This document shows positions 19,249 through 29,665 of a DNA stretch of 64,000 bases, one piece after another. This DNA comes from Candidatus Latescibacterota bacterium (GTDB lineage Bacteria > Latescibacterota > UBA2968 > UBA8231): assembly GCA_965261395.1 (NCBI GenBank), contig OZ253462.1, positions 6,080,001 to 6,144,000 on the forward strand, in the 5' to 3' direction. The notes under the pieces are model-generated. The model was not told where the DNA came from and made no database searches. It saw nothing but the letters and a program-made list of their open reading frames with translations. A program made the translations under genes and the position numbers. Position 1 is the first letter of the stretch; every line of letters starts with the position of its first letter.

Positions 19249-20193
19249 ATGCCAGCGCTAGAAACGAGAGCTTTTGCCAAAACCGGGATGCAGCCCAAAT
19301 CTCTGGGCCTGGGCGGGGCCTGGTGGGGCACCGGAACGGAGGCCGAATGCATTGCCGGCATCCACCGAGCCACCGAGCTGGGCTTTAATTACCTGGATAC
19401 ATACCCCGAACTCGAAACGTGGTGGGGTAAAGCCCTAGCCGGCGGCAGAAGGCACAATATATACCTGCAAGCCAAGGTCACTACTAATGGCCCCCAAGAG
19501 ACGATTTCAGATCACTCGGGGCCGCAAACGCGCCGCAGCGTGGAAGCCAGCTTAAGGCGCTTGCGAACGGACTATCTCGACAATGTCCTCATCCACGGCT
19601 ACGACGAGCCCGAGGACGTTGGCAGCAAGGAGGGCATGGTGGATCCGCTGGCTCCGGGCCATGCCTTGGATGAACTGGTAAAGATGAAAGAAGAGGGTTC
19701 AATCCGCCACCTCGGCATTGGAGCACGCAATTCGGCCGTGCACCGCCGGGCGATCGAGACCGGCCAAATAGAAATCTGCCTCACTTATCTAGAGTACAAC
19801 TTGTTCAATACGGCCGCAGCTGTGGATCTATTTCCCCGCGCCCGCCAGTGCCAAGTAGGTCTCATTCTCGCCAGTCCCCTCGGCATGGGACTGTTGACGG
19901 GCGATGAAAAAGTATTCGAGCGCTCGGCGGCCTACTTCGACAACCGCGAATACCCCGAACGCGAACTCCGTCCGGCGGTTCGCGCCCGGGCCATGTGGGA
20001 CTGGTGTCGGAAACGAGACGTGAACATCCGCCATCTGGCCATCCAGTTTTGCCTGGCGGCGCCCATCAGCAGCATTGTCCTGCCCGGTGCGGCCTCAAAG
20101 ACGCAGGTCGAAGAAGCCTACGAGGCGGCTACGGCGGATATTGCTCCCGAGATATGGCGCGATTTCGAGGTGGAATTCGGGGTGGGGATTTAG
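19249..20193 (+). CDS. Aldo/keto reductase
   Basis: ATG 19249 after AAGGAG; 'LGLGG', 'NYLDT', 'SLRRLRTDYLDNVLIH', 'ASPLGMGLL'. Confidence 0.9.
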   Translation: MPALETRAFAKTGMQPKSLGLGGAWWGTGTEAECIAGIHRATELGFNYLDTYPELETWWGKALAGGRRHNIYLQAKVTTNGPQETISDHSGPQTRRSVEASLRRLRTDYLDNVLIHGYDEPEDVGSKEGMVDPLAPGHALDELVKMKEEGSIRHLGIGARNSAVHRRAIETGQIEICLTYLEYNLFNTAAAVDLFPRARQCQVGLILASPLGMGLLTGDEKVFERSAAYFDNREYPERELRPAVRARAMWDWCRKRDVNIRHLAIQFCLAAPISSIVLPGAASKTQVEEAYEAATADIAPEIWRDFEVEFGVGI

Positions 20194-20213
20194 GTACTAG
20201 GGTCCATCGGGGT

Positions 20214-21596
20214 CTATCTCTCCGCCAATACTCGGACTGAGAATTTTTGGCGCAGCGCATCCAAGTGCCGACGCTCTTGTTCCTCTTTGGCCCGCCGCTC
20301 GGCCCGCCGTTGCGAAGCCCGATCCCACTGGCCCCCTGCTCGCACTTTGTCCACTATGACAAACACGGAGAACTTTCCGGCCCACTCCATCGGCCCCCCG
20401 ACGGCGTTGATCTCCATCCCTTTGGCGCGCTCGTAGCGCATCGATGGCATGGTATATGGGCTGAGCGTTACGCGCCCCCCGCTTGCCCCGACGCCCTGGG
20501 AGAATATTGGCACCAGTAGCTCTGGATCGACACCCCGCGCTATTTCTAGGCGCAAATCTTGGGCCAATTTGCGATTGTGGACCACAATCTCGGTGATGGT
20601 GATGGCCTCATAGGCGGGAAATTGATCGGGATGACGCGCAAAATAACTTCGCGCCGCTGCTGGGGATATGTCGATCTGTTCCAGATAATAGCTCAGGAGT
20701 ACATCCTCGGCGATGGTTCTGAGTTTTGCCTGTAGCTCGGGTTCCTTGTCGATACCATTTTGCTGTGCTGCGGCAAAATAGAGATCGGAGATACGTGCAC
20801 TGTTGGGCCCGACGGACAAGGAATCGAACTTGCGCAAGCCAGATGGATGGTCCTTAGCCGTGCCGCTGGCGTATTTATCGCGCAGAGAGAGCCCGAGAGC
20901 CCGCTCCATCTTTACCCTGATACGGGAGTGCAGGCCGCGTTCAATAAGCTGTCGCACGGCGATGAGAGGGACGCGCTTTTCAGCGAGAACTTTAAAAGCC
21001 ACAAAGACGGTATCCGCTTTGATCGGCAGAGGGAGAGCTGGGGAAATGGATCCTACGGGCAGAGCGAACAATTCGTCGGCCACTTGCTCATTGACCTGTC
21101 CTTTGAGCACATAACCGGAGAGACCCAAAATGGATTTTTCCGCGGCCAAGTCCTCTACCGCGGCGGCTTTTGTCGCTCTTGCAGAATAGATAAACTTGAG
21201 ACCGCGATTCCCGTTTGCATCATAGTATTCCTGCAGAATATCTTCTGCTGTCACGACGATTTTCGCGTCGACCTGGCGCTCGAGATAAGATTCAATCACC
21301 GCATCTCGCCACCGGCGCTCCAACCGGCGCACAAAAACCGGGTCAGCGGCCATATCGACACTGCGGGCCTCTAGCAGCAGCACCCTTCTGGCGATGAGCT
21401 GTTGCAGCGGATCGCTCGTATCGGAGATTGCAGTGCCGACTCTTATAGCTGTTTTTTCCCTCCGCTCCGCAAAATCGCGAAGTTCTGCCGCAGTGATTTT
21501 TTCATCCCCGACCAAGGCGATGACCTCCGTCTCGGGCTGGCCGCAGCTAAAAAGGAGCGGGCAAAGGAATGCGATTAAGCGTTTTAATTTTATCAT
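20214..21596 (-). CDS. PrsA/SurA-like peptidyl-prolyl isomerase (PpiC) lipoprotein, divergent
   Basis: Lipobox LFSC; 'IALVGDEKITAAEL' SurA N-terminus; degenerate rotamase domains; paralog of 24250-25971. Confidence 0.7.
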   Translation of the reverse strand: MIKLKRLIAFLCPLLFSCGQPETEVIALVGDEKITAAELRDFAERREKTAIRVGTAISDTSDPLQQLIARRVLLLEARSVDMAADPVFVRRLERRWRDAVIESYLERQVDAKIVVTAEDILQEYYDANGNRGLKFIYSARATKAAAVEDLAAEKSILGLSGYVLKGQVNEQVADELFALPVGSISPALPLPIKADTVFVAFKVLAEKRVPLIAVRQLIERGLHSRIRVKMERALGLSLRDKYASGTAKDHPSGLRKFDSLSVGPNSARISDLYFAAAQQNGIDKEPELQAKLRTIAEDVLLSYYLEQIDISPAAARSYFARHPDQFPAYEAITITEIVVHNRKLAQDLRLEIARGVDPELLVPIFSQGVGASGGRVTLSPYTMPSMRYERAKGMEINAVGGPMEWAGKFSVFVIVDKVRAGGQWDRASQRRAERRAKEEQERRHLDALRQKFSVRVLAER

Positions 21597-21688
21597 TACA
21601 ATAAGATCGGCGGAGCAACTCGTCCGGTGAATAAACGGTACACACCCTACCGGGCCCACAGCCCAATTAAACCGCCTAGGTTGCCATT

Positions 21689-24244
21689 TTGAGCCGCGGT
21701 GCCCACATCTTCCTGCTGGTCCTGTTCTTCCTTTCCGGTGCCTGTACCTTGGTATATCAGGTGATATGGGTGAGAATGCTGGTCCTCGTATTCGGCACCG
21801 GGGCTTTTGCGGTCAGCACGGTCCTAACAGCTTTTATGGCGGGGTTGGCGCTGGGTAGCTTCTACTTCGGGCGCCTGGCCGACAAGAGCGAAAACAACCT
21901 GCGCCTCTACGCCTTCCTCGAGCTGGGCATCGCCGCCTTTGCTCTGGCTTTCCCCTTAATCCTTAGCGGACTGGACGAAATCCACACCTGGCTCTACCAG
22001 CAACTGGAGTCGACGCCCTATGTCTTTGCACTCATGCGCTTCCCGCTTTGTTTCCTCGTCCTGCTCATTCCCACTACGCTAATGGGGGGCACCCTGCCGA
22101 TTCTGATCCGCTTTGCAACTCGGCACATGTCGCAGGTGGGTTGGAGTGTGGGGACCTTGTATGCCGCCAATACGTTCGGAGCCGCCTGCGGGGTCGGGGC
22201 CGCGGCTTATCTGACCATCGAGTATTTGGGCATCAGCGGCACGACTACAGTCGCCGTTGTTGGCAATGTCCTCATTGCGGTCTTTTCCCTGATGTGGTAT
22301 CGCCGTTTGTCGGACTCAGCCGAGCCATACCGGGTGAGTCCAGGCCAAAGAAACAACGCGCAGCAAAAGAATCCTCCAGCACTACCGAACTGGCTGGTGC
22401 AATGGACGCTTTTGGTCTTTTGCGCATCGGGTTTCACCGCTCTGGGATACGAAGTGCTGTGGACGCGGGTGCTGACCATGATACTGGGGCTGAGCACGGC
22501 CCAAAGTCTCAGCATCATCCTGATCGCCTTCTTGCTCGGTCTGGCACTCGGAGGGGCCATCGCTTCTCGTTTTGTCGACCGCTGGCCGGATCTGCTCATT
22601 GCATTCGGCACCGTTGAGATACTCCTAGGCCTGTTTGGTCATATCTCCATCGGCGCATTCGGCGCTAGCACCCATTTCATTCCATATCTCAGTGCGCTTA
22701 CCTCGTGGACGGGCTATCTTTTCGCAACAGCTACCTTGATTTTCTGGATCACGCTCATTCCCACCTGTCTGCTGGGAGTGCTCTTGCCGCTCGTAGGACA
22801 ACTCAACGCTACGCATTTAAAGACCTTGGGCACAAAAATCGGCAAGGTCTACGCCGTCAATTCACTGGGATCTATCGGTGGCGCTTTTGGCGCCGGTTTT
22901 TTATTGATTCCGCTACTGGGCACAGAGCGCGCGGTGCAAGTCTTGGCCTGGACCAACATCGCCTTGGGGGCGGTGCTGCTGCTGGTCCATCCAAACGCCA
23001 GTCGCCGTTTTAAGCTGCAAGCCATAGGCCTGCCTGTCGGCGCGGTGCTGCTGCTGACTTGGGCCATGCCGAGCAATCTTTTTATCGCGCTGTTCACAAA
23101 TACAGAAAAAGACAGCGAGCTTGTCTATTACCGCGAGGGTACTGCTGGGACGGTAACGGTCCATCAAATGGACCACGGCAACCGCATCCTCAAAGTAAAT
23201 GGCATGGGAGAAGTGCCGACAGACCATGCATCAATCAAAATTTTTCGACTCCTCGGCAATCTGCCGATGATCCTGCACAGCGATCCCCGGCAAGTCCTGG
23301 TGATTGCCTTCGGGGGCGGCGTTACCCTCAGTTCGGTCTTGCTCCACCAACCCGAGCGGGTGGATTGCGTCGAAGTCGTACCCGGTGTGGTCGAGGCCGC
23401 CGATTTTTTTGCCCGCTACAACAACTACGTCTTCAACAGGGTGGGCACGGATCGCCTCCGACTAATCCACGGCGACGGCAGAAACCACGTGATGCGGACA
23501 CCAGAGCGCTACGATATCATTATCGCCGACGCGACCCATCCCGGCACGGCGGATAGCTGGGTGCTGTATACGGAAGAATTCTACCAGCTCTGCCGCCAGC
23601 GACTCAAAACAGCAGGCTTGATAGCCCAGTGGATCCCCCTGCACGGGCTGGCCGTAGCCGACTACGAGATGATCTTGCGAACATTTCGCGCGGTTTTCCC
23701 CCACGCGACCCTGTGGCTGACCGACAAATACTCCATTGTGCTGGGTGCAAACCAGCCTCAACACATCGACTTTGAACTATTGGCACAACGACTGTCAGCA
23801 GCGGCTTTGCAAGAATCTCTGCAAGAGGTAGATCTGGCCGATCCGCTTTCTTTCGCCGGGACCCTGGCCCTGGACGAGCGCGCTTTTTCAGACTACGCCG
23901 GCCATGGCCCTTTGAACACCGACGACCGACCCTATATAAGCTTTACCGATCGCCGGCGCAGGGATACGGGCGCCGGCCTGCCCGCTCTGGCAAGCCTGTT
24001 GCCCCACCTAGTGGTGGAGGCAGATGAGTCTCTTTTCAACATGGACGAAGAGGAGAAACAAAACATCGAGCGCCGCCTCCGATCTCGTAAGTACTCGATC
24101 GAGGGCGCGGTGTCCCTGCTAAACGACAAAACAGGCGACGCGATGTGGCACTACAGACAGGCCCGCAAAACCGATCCGAACGAAAGAACGGCCCTGCGGG
24201 CCCTGAGAAGGTTAGAAGGAGCCGGCCAGCGGCCAAAAAAATAA
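21689..24244 (+). CDS. Fused MFS-like membrane domain/spermidine synthase-like SAM-dependent domain
   Basis: 'FFLSGACTLVYQVIWVRML', 'PTTLMGGTLP', about 13 TM; 'VLVIAFGGG', 'VDCVE', 'GDGRN', 'YDIIIAD', 'LYTEEFY'. Confidence 0.9.
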   Translation: MSRGAHIFLLVLFFLSGACTLVYQVIWVRMLVLVFGTGAFAVSTVLTAFMAGLALGSFYFGRLADKSENNLRLYAFLELGIAAFALAFPLILSGLDEIHTWLYQQLESTPYVFALMRFPLCFLVLLIPTTLMGGTLPILIRFATRHMSQVGWSVGTLYAANTFGAACGVGAAAYLTIEYLGISGTTTVAVVGNVLIAVFSLMWYRRLSDSAEPYRVSPGQRNNAQQKNPPALPNWLVQWTLLVFCASGFTALGYEVLWTRVLTMILGLSTAQSLSIILIAFLLGLALGGAIASRFVDRWPDLLIAFGTVEILLGLFGHISIGAFGASTHFIPYLSALTSWTGYLFATATLIFWITLIPTCLLGVLLPLVGQLNATHLKTLGTKIGKVYAVNSLGSIGGAFGAGFLLIPLLGTERAVQVLAWTNIALGAVLLLVHPNASRRFKLQAIGLPVGAVLLLTWAMPSNLFIALFTNTEKDSELVYYREGTAGTVTVHQMDHGNRILKVNGMGEVPTDHASIKIFRLLGNLPMILHSDPRQVLVIAFGGGVTLSSVLLHQPERVDCVEVVPGVVEAADFFARYNNYVFNRVGTDRLRLIHGDGRNHVMRTPERYDIIIADATHPGTADSWVLYTEEFYQLCRQRLKTAGLIAQWIPLHGLAVADYEMILRTFRAVFPHATLWLTDKYSIVLGANQPQHIDFELLAQRLSAAALQESLQEVDLADPLSFAGTLALDERAFSDYAGHGPLNTDDRPYISFTDRRRRDTGAGLPALASLLPHLVVEADESLFNMDEEEKQNIERRLRSRKYSIEGAVSLLNDKTGDAMWHYRQARKTDPNERTALRALRRLEGAGQRPKK

Positions 24245-24249
24245 AGAAA

Positions 24250-25971
24250 CTAATTGTCGGCCTGAAATTTCCCGTCTTTGATCATGTTGGGAATATTGGC
24301 GGGGAAAGTTTCCACGTCGTATTTCTCCCGCAAAGCGCTCACGAACTCCACATAGCCGTGCTTGGCCTTATTGATCCTGACATAGGCGGTGGCGCGTTTT
24401 TTCGAGGCGGCATTAAAAGGTTTGGGCTTGGCCGCTTCCCGGTCGACTATTTTAAATACAGAATACCCTTCCGCAACCTTGATGGGTCCGCCGACTTGGC
24501 CTATTTCCATATCCTGGGACAGATCGTATATATGGGGGTAGTGAAGTCGCTTGTAGGCGTCGAGGCGCACAAATCCCCTTTTTTCTCCATGGACCCCGCG
24601 AGTGTCGTATTTTGCGATCAATTGTTCTGCATCGGCTCCCTCTTGCAATTGCTCTTTTACGCGCTGAGCTTCCTCTTCGTTGGACAAAAGAACCTCTGCG
24701 GCTATAATGGCTTCGAGATAGCGAAATTTTTCGGGGTTTTTGTCGTAGAAGGCGCGGGCTTCTGCTGCTGCAACCCTGATATAGGCGTCGACATTGATCT
24801 TGCGCAGCAGACTCACGAGTAGATTTTCGCGCTCGTTTTCCACGCTGGCTACCAAGGTAGAATCCCGATCTAAGCTTAGGGCGTAGGATGCTTTGAGTAG
24901 CATCTGGGCAGTGAGCAGGCTGCGGACCTTGGCCGCTACCAACGCAGTATCGGCGAGTTGGTGCTGGGTCCCCGGACCGGCTTTGTGGAACACGACGGAA
25001 AGAAATTCGCCAATGGTCAGATCGCCGTCGCGGTAGGAACCCAATCGCCTAGTGGCCTCCGCCTCGGACACATTGATTTGGCCGCCGGCTGACCGCTCGG
25101 CCAAAAATGCCACCCCATCGGCATCTACTAGCGGCTCGTACACGCCCGCCAGCGAATCGGTCAACGCCGCTCTGCGGGCAATTCGTTTGGAGCCGAAAAT
25201 TTTCTCCTCGAGGACCTCTTGCACCTCGTTTAAGGCAATGGGCATCTCGTCTAGCACTTTGAATACGGCGTAGTGCTTTTTTCCTTTATAGGCGAAGGGC
25301 CGCGGCTCCGATAGGTCACCCACCTGCAGGGTCAATAATTCCCGCAGGGATTCATCGGCTGTGTCTCTGGACAAATAGCGTCCCGTGTCTCCACCCCAGG
25401 CTTTGGTTATCGCATCGACAGAATAGGCGTCGACGAGCTGGCGGAACGCCTTGCCGCTGTTGAGCTCGGCTACTAGTTCGTCGGCTTTCTCCCGCGTCTC
25501 GACCACTATGGCTGCAAGGCGCAGCGCTCTGTCCCAAGCCTCGTCCCGGTACAGTTCGATCAGTTCCTCTTGTGAAATCGAAATCTGCTGATCCACTTTG
25601 AGATGGTTGTACAACTTCATCATTTCCCGATCTCTGAAGGCGGATAAATCGAGGACCAAGCCCGGATCGCTCTGCAATCGCTGTGCCTCTGCTTCGGCTA
25701 GCAGCACTTTTTTGTCGATCAGCGCATTCAAGACCATGACATTGGCCGCACTGTCGCTCTTACCTTCGTGGATGCCGTCCGGCAGGCGGGCGGCGAACGC
25801 TTGCAGTTCGACCGTGGTGATTTCTTGCCCAGCTATCCTTGCGACCACATGGCTCTGGGGCTGTGAGCCGCACCCGATCTGCAAAGTTAGGACAAAGCAG
25901 ACGGACAAAATGGTCCATGCAGTATCGCACTTGGCCATTCGAGCAAAAACGGGGAAATACATTAATAGCAC
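24250..25971 (-). CDS. PrsA/SurA-like peptidyl-prolyl isomerase lipoprotein with two rotamase domains
   Basis: 'QIGC' lipobox; 'AFRQLVDAYSVD...GGDTG', 'VGDLSEP', 'IGQVGGPIKVAEGYSVFK'. Confidence 0.8.
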   Translation of the reverse strand: MLLMYFPVFARMAKCDTAWTILSVCFVLTLQIGCGSQPQSHVVARIAGQEITTVELQAFAARLPDGIHEGKSDSAANVMVLNALIDKKVLLAEAEAQRLQSDPGLVLDLSAFRDREMMKLYNHLKVDQQISISQEELIELYRDEAWDRALRLAAIVVETREKADELVAELNSGKAFRQLVDAYSVDAITKAWGGDTGRYLSRDTADESLRELLTLQVGDLSEPRPFAYKGKKHYAVFKVLDEMPIALNEVQEVLEEKIFGSKRIARRAALTDSLAGVYEPLVDADGVAFLAERSAGGQINVSEAEATRRLGSYRDGDLTIGEFLSVVFHKAGPGTQHQLADTALVAAKVRSLLTAQMLLKASYALSLDRDSTLVASVENERENLLVSLLRKINVDAYIRVAAAEARAFYDKNPEKFRYLEAIIAAEVLLSNEEEAQRVKEQLQEGADAEQLIAKYDTRGVHGEKRGFVRLDAYKRLHYPHIYDLSQDMEIGQVGGPIKVAEGYSVFKIVDREAAKPKPFNAASKKRATAYVRINKAKHGYVEFVSALREKYDVETFPANIPNMIKDGKFQADN

Positions 25972-25996
25972 CTTTTTTTAGCGCTCCATCCGCTGC

Positions 25997-26761
25997 TCAC
26001 GGCACGGCTAGGTCGCGGTCTTCGAGATCGGTGACAAAGCCGTGTCCCGTCGAATGGGTTATCATGAATGGAATGGCGGAAGCCTGCGCCACCGTCTGCG
26101 GCGTAACACTACAGGCCCAAAATAGCGCTACATCGCCGGCGGGAATGCCGTTGGGGGGCGCGGGGCCAATGGTTTGCGAAAGGTCGGTGATGCCTATGGC
26201 TGCTGGATCGCCAATGTGTATCGGGGCCCCGTGCGTGGCCTGGAATCGCGAAGTCACCTGCACGGCGCGCGCCACCTTTGCCGCCGGCAAGGTTTGCATG
26301 GTCACTACCATCGGCCCGGCAAAGCGCCCCGCCGGTTTGCACATGATATTGGTTTTATATAACACGACGCCAACCGAACTGACGCACCCGGCGTCTGCTA
26401 GAGCTTGCAAAAAAGTCAGGCTCGACCCTAAAAAAAAGGCGACGAAATCATCCTGCCACAACGGCGCAATATCGGTCACTTCTTCCACCAACTCACCGCC
26501 GCGCCAGACCGAGTATAGCCCGACCGCATGGCGAATATCCGCGCCCGGTGCCAGTGTTTTCGGCGTCGGACAACCCGGGTCCGTCACTTCGAGTAGCGGA
26601 CACGGCTGCGGGTTGCGCTGGCAGAAGACGAGAAAATCATAAGCCTCGGCTTGGCGGAGAATGACCAGGCCGGTCTGCACATAACGCCCCGCCCTGCCAA
26701 CGGTCGTCCCTCGCCACTCGCCGGTGCTAATCTGGCGACGAATTGTTTTAGCATCCGGCAT
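25997..26761 (-). CDS. DUF1445 / D-glutamate cyclase-like putative hydro-lyase
   Basis: 'AYDFLVFCQRNPQPCPLLEV', 'HGAPIHIGDP', 'FWACSVTPQ', 'ITHSTGH'. Confidence 0.85.
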   Translation of the reverse strand: MPDAKTIRRQISTGEWRGTTVGRAGRYVQTGLVILRQAEAYDFLVFCQRNPQPCPLLEVTDPGCPTPKTLAPGADIRHAVGLYSVWRGGELVEEVTDIAPLWQDDFVAFFLGSSLTFLQALADAGCVSSVGVVLYKTNIMCKPAGRFAGPMVVTMQTLPAAKVARAVQVTSRFQATHGAPIHIGDPAAIGITDLSQTIGPAPPNGIPAGDVALFWACSVTPQTVAQASAIPFMITHSTGHGFVTDLEDRDLAVP

Positions 26762-26854
26762 TGTTGAACCTGCTGTCCATTCGGGTGGCAGTACTAGTGC
26801 CTATGGGCATAAGTGATTTCCTAGTTTGCGGGGAAGGATTTCTGTCCAGAGGCG

Positions 26855-29635
26855 CTAGTAGGCGACCGCCACCGTGCGGGCGAGATCACGCGCGTCGAGG
26901 CCAGCCCCCTCCGTATTGGCATCGATCTTGAGCAGGACGACGTACACTCCGGGTGCCACGAGATTTCCAGCGTGGTCTCTGCCGTCCCATTCGAGCGCAT
27001 GGGCACCAGTGACCACCGGACGCCGCTCGGAAATGCTTCTCACCCGGCGACCGCCCAGATCGTGGATATGGATTTCGACGGCACTGTGCTGACGGATCAA
27101 CACGACGTCGAATATAAACCTCACCGCATCGTTTATATCGTCCCCATTGGGCGTGAATACCTGCGGCTCGATCGCTAAGTTGCGGAAAATTTCCTTGCGC
27201 CTCGGTACCGCGACCAGCGTTAGATCGTTGTCGGTGACTTGCGCGGCGGCGTCTCCTGCGTCCACGCGCTGCCACCAACCGTCGTCTCCCCGCCGCAGGG
27301 CTGCTCTCAGCGGTGCACTTACCGTGAAAAGAGACGTGGCGAAATCGAGGCGGAACAGTTCAATATCCGACTCCGACAGTACGGCCGGAAAAGTCAGATG
27401 CAGGCTATCCGAGCGATCGCTGCGGACATCGACATCTTCGATCTCCAGAGAGGCCAGATCGGCGGCCGGCGAAAAATCGCTGCCTTTGCCCCCGTATAGC
27501 CCTCGATAGGTCAGACGCATCTGGGGGGGGGCCGCGAGCAAGAGCTGATCGAATCCTCCGGCACTGACGGTATCCGGCCGGATGTACACCGAAAAAGGAC
27601 GCTGGACGCCGAGGCTGTCGACCTGTGTAGGGGTAACTTCGCCCAACAGGTTCCGAGCCACCGGCTCGGCAAAATTGAGCCGGATCTCTTTGAGGGTGGC
27701 GTGGACTTCTGGATCGTTGGATAACAACGTGGCTCGAATGCGTACAAATTGGCGCGGTGAGGGCGAGGTGATGGGGCTGCCAGCGGCGTTTGCGTACGGT
27801 GCACTAAAGGACTTTTCCCACTCCGGCCCATCGACCCAGATGCCTATTTTGTCGCCTTTGTCGCGCCGGTTTTTGCGATCGTAGTATTCTACAGCACCTC
27901 CTTGGTAGAGTCTTATATTGTCTCCGTGATAGTAGAGCGTATCCGAACTGAAGGTGTCTCCCGTCCGCGTCTGTAGCTCTACCTTGGTGCCGGGAGGCGT
28001 ATCGGCATCCCATTCGATAGACAGCAAATTTTTGCTGTTTCCCAGAGGTATGCGCTCCGACGTCAGCTCGACTTGGGGCTGAAAGCCAGCGCCGAAAAGC
28101 TGGAACTCACTCAGTGAGGTCAGGATCCTCGCGGCGATGGGTTGGACATTCCACTGGATCTTGAAAAAACGGCCAACGACGGGATCGAAGTTATTGCCCT
28201 CCGTGATTTTGCCGATCAAACCGCCCAAGGTTTCGGTCTGTCTGCGATCTACGCTGATGGACCACTTGAGGCTGCCATCGGGCTCCCTGCTGCCATCCGA
28301 AACTTCTAGGGTATAGTTACCAAAAGTGTGGGCGTCGTTATCGGTGAATGTATAGGTCATCCTTTGCGCGTCTAGCCAGAAAAACGATCCCAGATCGAAA
28401 GTCACCGTGCCGATGGGACCCAAATTGAATTTGGGATCTCGGTAGAGGTCGAGAAAATGAGCGGAGTCCACATCGCCATCGAGGAGGATCGCTCCATTGC
28501 GGGGATCGGGCGAGCTTATGATCCCGCCCCGTCGCAATGTCCCGTGGAAGATATCATCCCCTTCGACCCAGACATTGAGCTCGGCTAAGCGCGGGCGCTC
28601 GCGGATATAATAGCGGATGTCGCCGCGCTTTTCCTCTGCGAGGCGGTCGAAATAGACTTGCCTCGACACCTGCAACTGGCCGCCGTCTGGCAGTTTTTTG
28701 TAATACTCAACCGCGCCCGTATCGGCCGGGGCGAGTTGCTCGAATTCCGCTTTCGCGATCTGGCGGCCTCGGTTCAGGTCGCTGCCTCTTATGACGACCT
28801 GGACAAAACGTCCGGCCAGCGTCGCCATGTCTGTGGTCGGACCAGACTCCTCCGCCAAATCCTCAAATTGGATCTGTTCCGCCAGAAACTCATCCTGCTC
28901 GCCGCCCAATTCTCTGCGACCCGTGATGCCGCGCAGATCCACCTCGATGCTGCGTTGGGTCTTATTGGGCTTGAGAGAGATCAGGACGGGAAAAAATTCG
29001 GGTGGGGCGTTTCCCGATTGGGCGGCAATGGGTTTGCGCCCGTCCGATACGAGGACATCGTACAACAGAAAGGGGTCGCCCAGATCTTCATCGACGAATT
29101 TCAGCTCGATTTTCTTGAGGAAAACCAGACGTCCCAGATCCACCGTAAACCACCAAAGGGCGCCGACATCCACACCGGCCGGATCCACACCCGCCGGCAG
29201 CGGCGCTGGTTCCCAAAAGGTAGTGGGGTCGCCGTCGAGGACATTGACTACTCCTGCGGGGTTGGAACCTGCTTCCACGACGGCATCTCGCAGAGAGATT
29301 TCAGCGACCTCCTTGCCCTGCAGGCGCTTGGGAATTTTGAACAGCGTGGGATCGCGTTGTGACGCTTCGAGCTGGAAACGCAGAAAATCGACAATGTCCT
29401 CAGTGGCGTCTGTATTGCGACTCCAGCGGCGTGGCCGTACTTCCCCACGGGGGGAAATCTCAAGAGTGCCTGCGGGAAAGTTCCAATCCTCCCAATGGCT
29501 CTGGGCGTTCACAACGATCTGGTTCGGTCGGGTGCGAAACTCGTTGGTGGTCTGGGCTCGGATTGAGGTCCATCCGCTGAGGAGCCAAAGAGCGCTCGCG
29601 CCGATTATAAAAATTATAGGCGAGATTTTAGGCAT
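26855..29635 (-). CDS. Exported multidomain protein with discoidin-like domains and C-terminal FlgD-Ig/CHU_C-like domain
   Basis: ATG 29635 after GGAG; signal peptide; 'LDGDPTTFW..FTVDLG', 'FDLGS'; tail 'VFTPNGDDIND...IHDLGGRRVR...WDGRD...PGVY...VAVAY'. Confidence 0.75.
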   Translation of the reverse strand: MPKISPIIFIIGASALWLLSGWTSIRAQTTNEFRTRPNQIVVNAQSHWEDWNFPAGTLEISPRGEVRPRRWSRNTDATEDIVDFLRFQLEASQRDPTLFKIPKRLQGKEVAEISLRDAVVEAGSNPAGVVNVLDGDPTTFWEPAPLPAGVDPAGVDVGALWWFTVDLGRLVFLKKIELKFVDEDLGDPFLLYDVLVSDGRKPIAAQSGNAPPEFFPVLISLKPNKTQRSIEVDLRGITGRRELGGEQDEFLAEQIQFEDLAEESGPTTDMATLAGRFVQVVIRGSDLNRGRQIAKAEFEQLAPADTGAVEYYKKLPDGGQLQVSRQVYFDRLAEEKRGDIRYYIRERPRLAELNVWVEGDDIFHGTLRRGGIISSPDPRNGAILLDGDVDSAHFLDLYRDPKFNLGPIGTVTFDLGSFFWLDAQRMTYTFTDNDAHTFGNYTLEVSDGSREPDGSLKWSISVDRRQTETLGGLIGKITEGNNFDPVVGRFFKIQWNVQPIAARILTSLSEFQLFGAGFQPQVELTSERIPLGNSKNLLSIEWDADTPPGTKVELQTRTGDTFSSDTLYYHGDNIRLYQGGAVEYYDRKNRRDKGDKIGIWVDGPEWEKSFSAPYANAAGSPITSPSPRQFVRIRATLLSNDPEVHATLKEIRLNFAEPVARNLLGEVTPTQVDSLGVQRPFSVYIRPDTVSAGGFDQLLLAAPPQMRLTYRGLYGGKGSDFSPAADLASLEIEDVDVRSDRSDSLHLTFPAVLSESDIELFRLDFATSLFTVSAPLRAALRRGDDGWWQRVDAGDAAAQVTDNDLTLVAVPRRKEIFRNLAIEPQVFTPNGDDINDAVRFIFDVVLIRQHSAVEIHIHDLGGRRVRSISERRPVVTGAHALEWDGRDHAGNLVAPGVYVVLLKIDANTEGAGLDARDLARTVAVAY

Positions 29636-29665
29636 GGCAAGCACTCCCGGCGCCAACCCGCACAG

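Noticed and set aside
29168-29202. Short tandem duplication encoding PAGVD-PAGVD
   Set aside because: Two imperfect in-frame copies in a probable loop; no evidence of a phase-variable or diversifying repeat.
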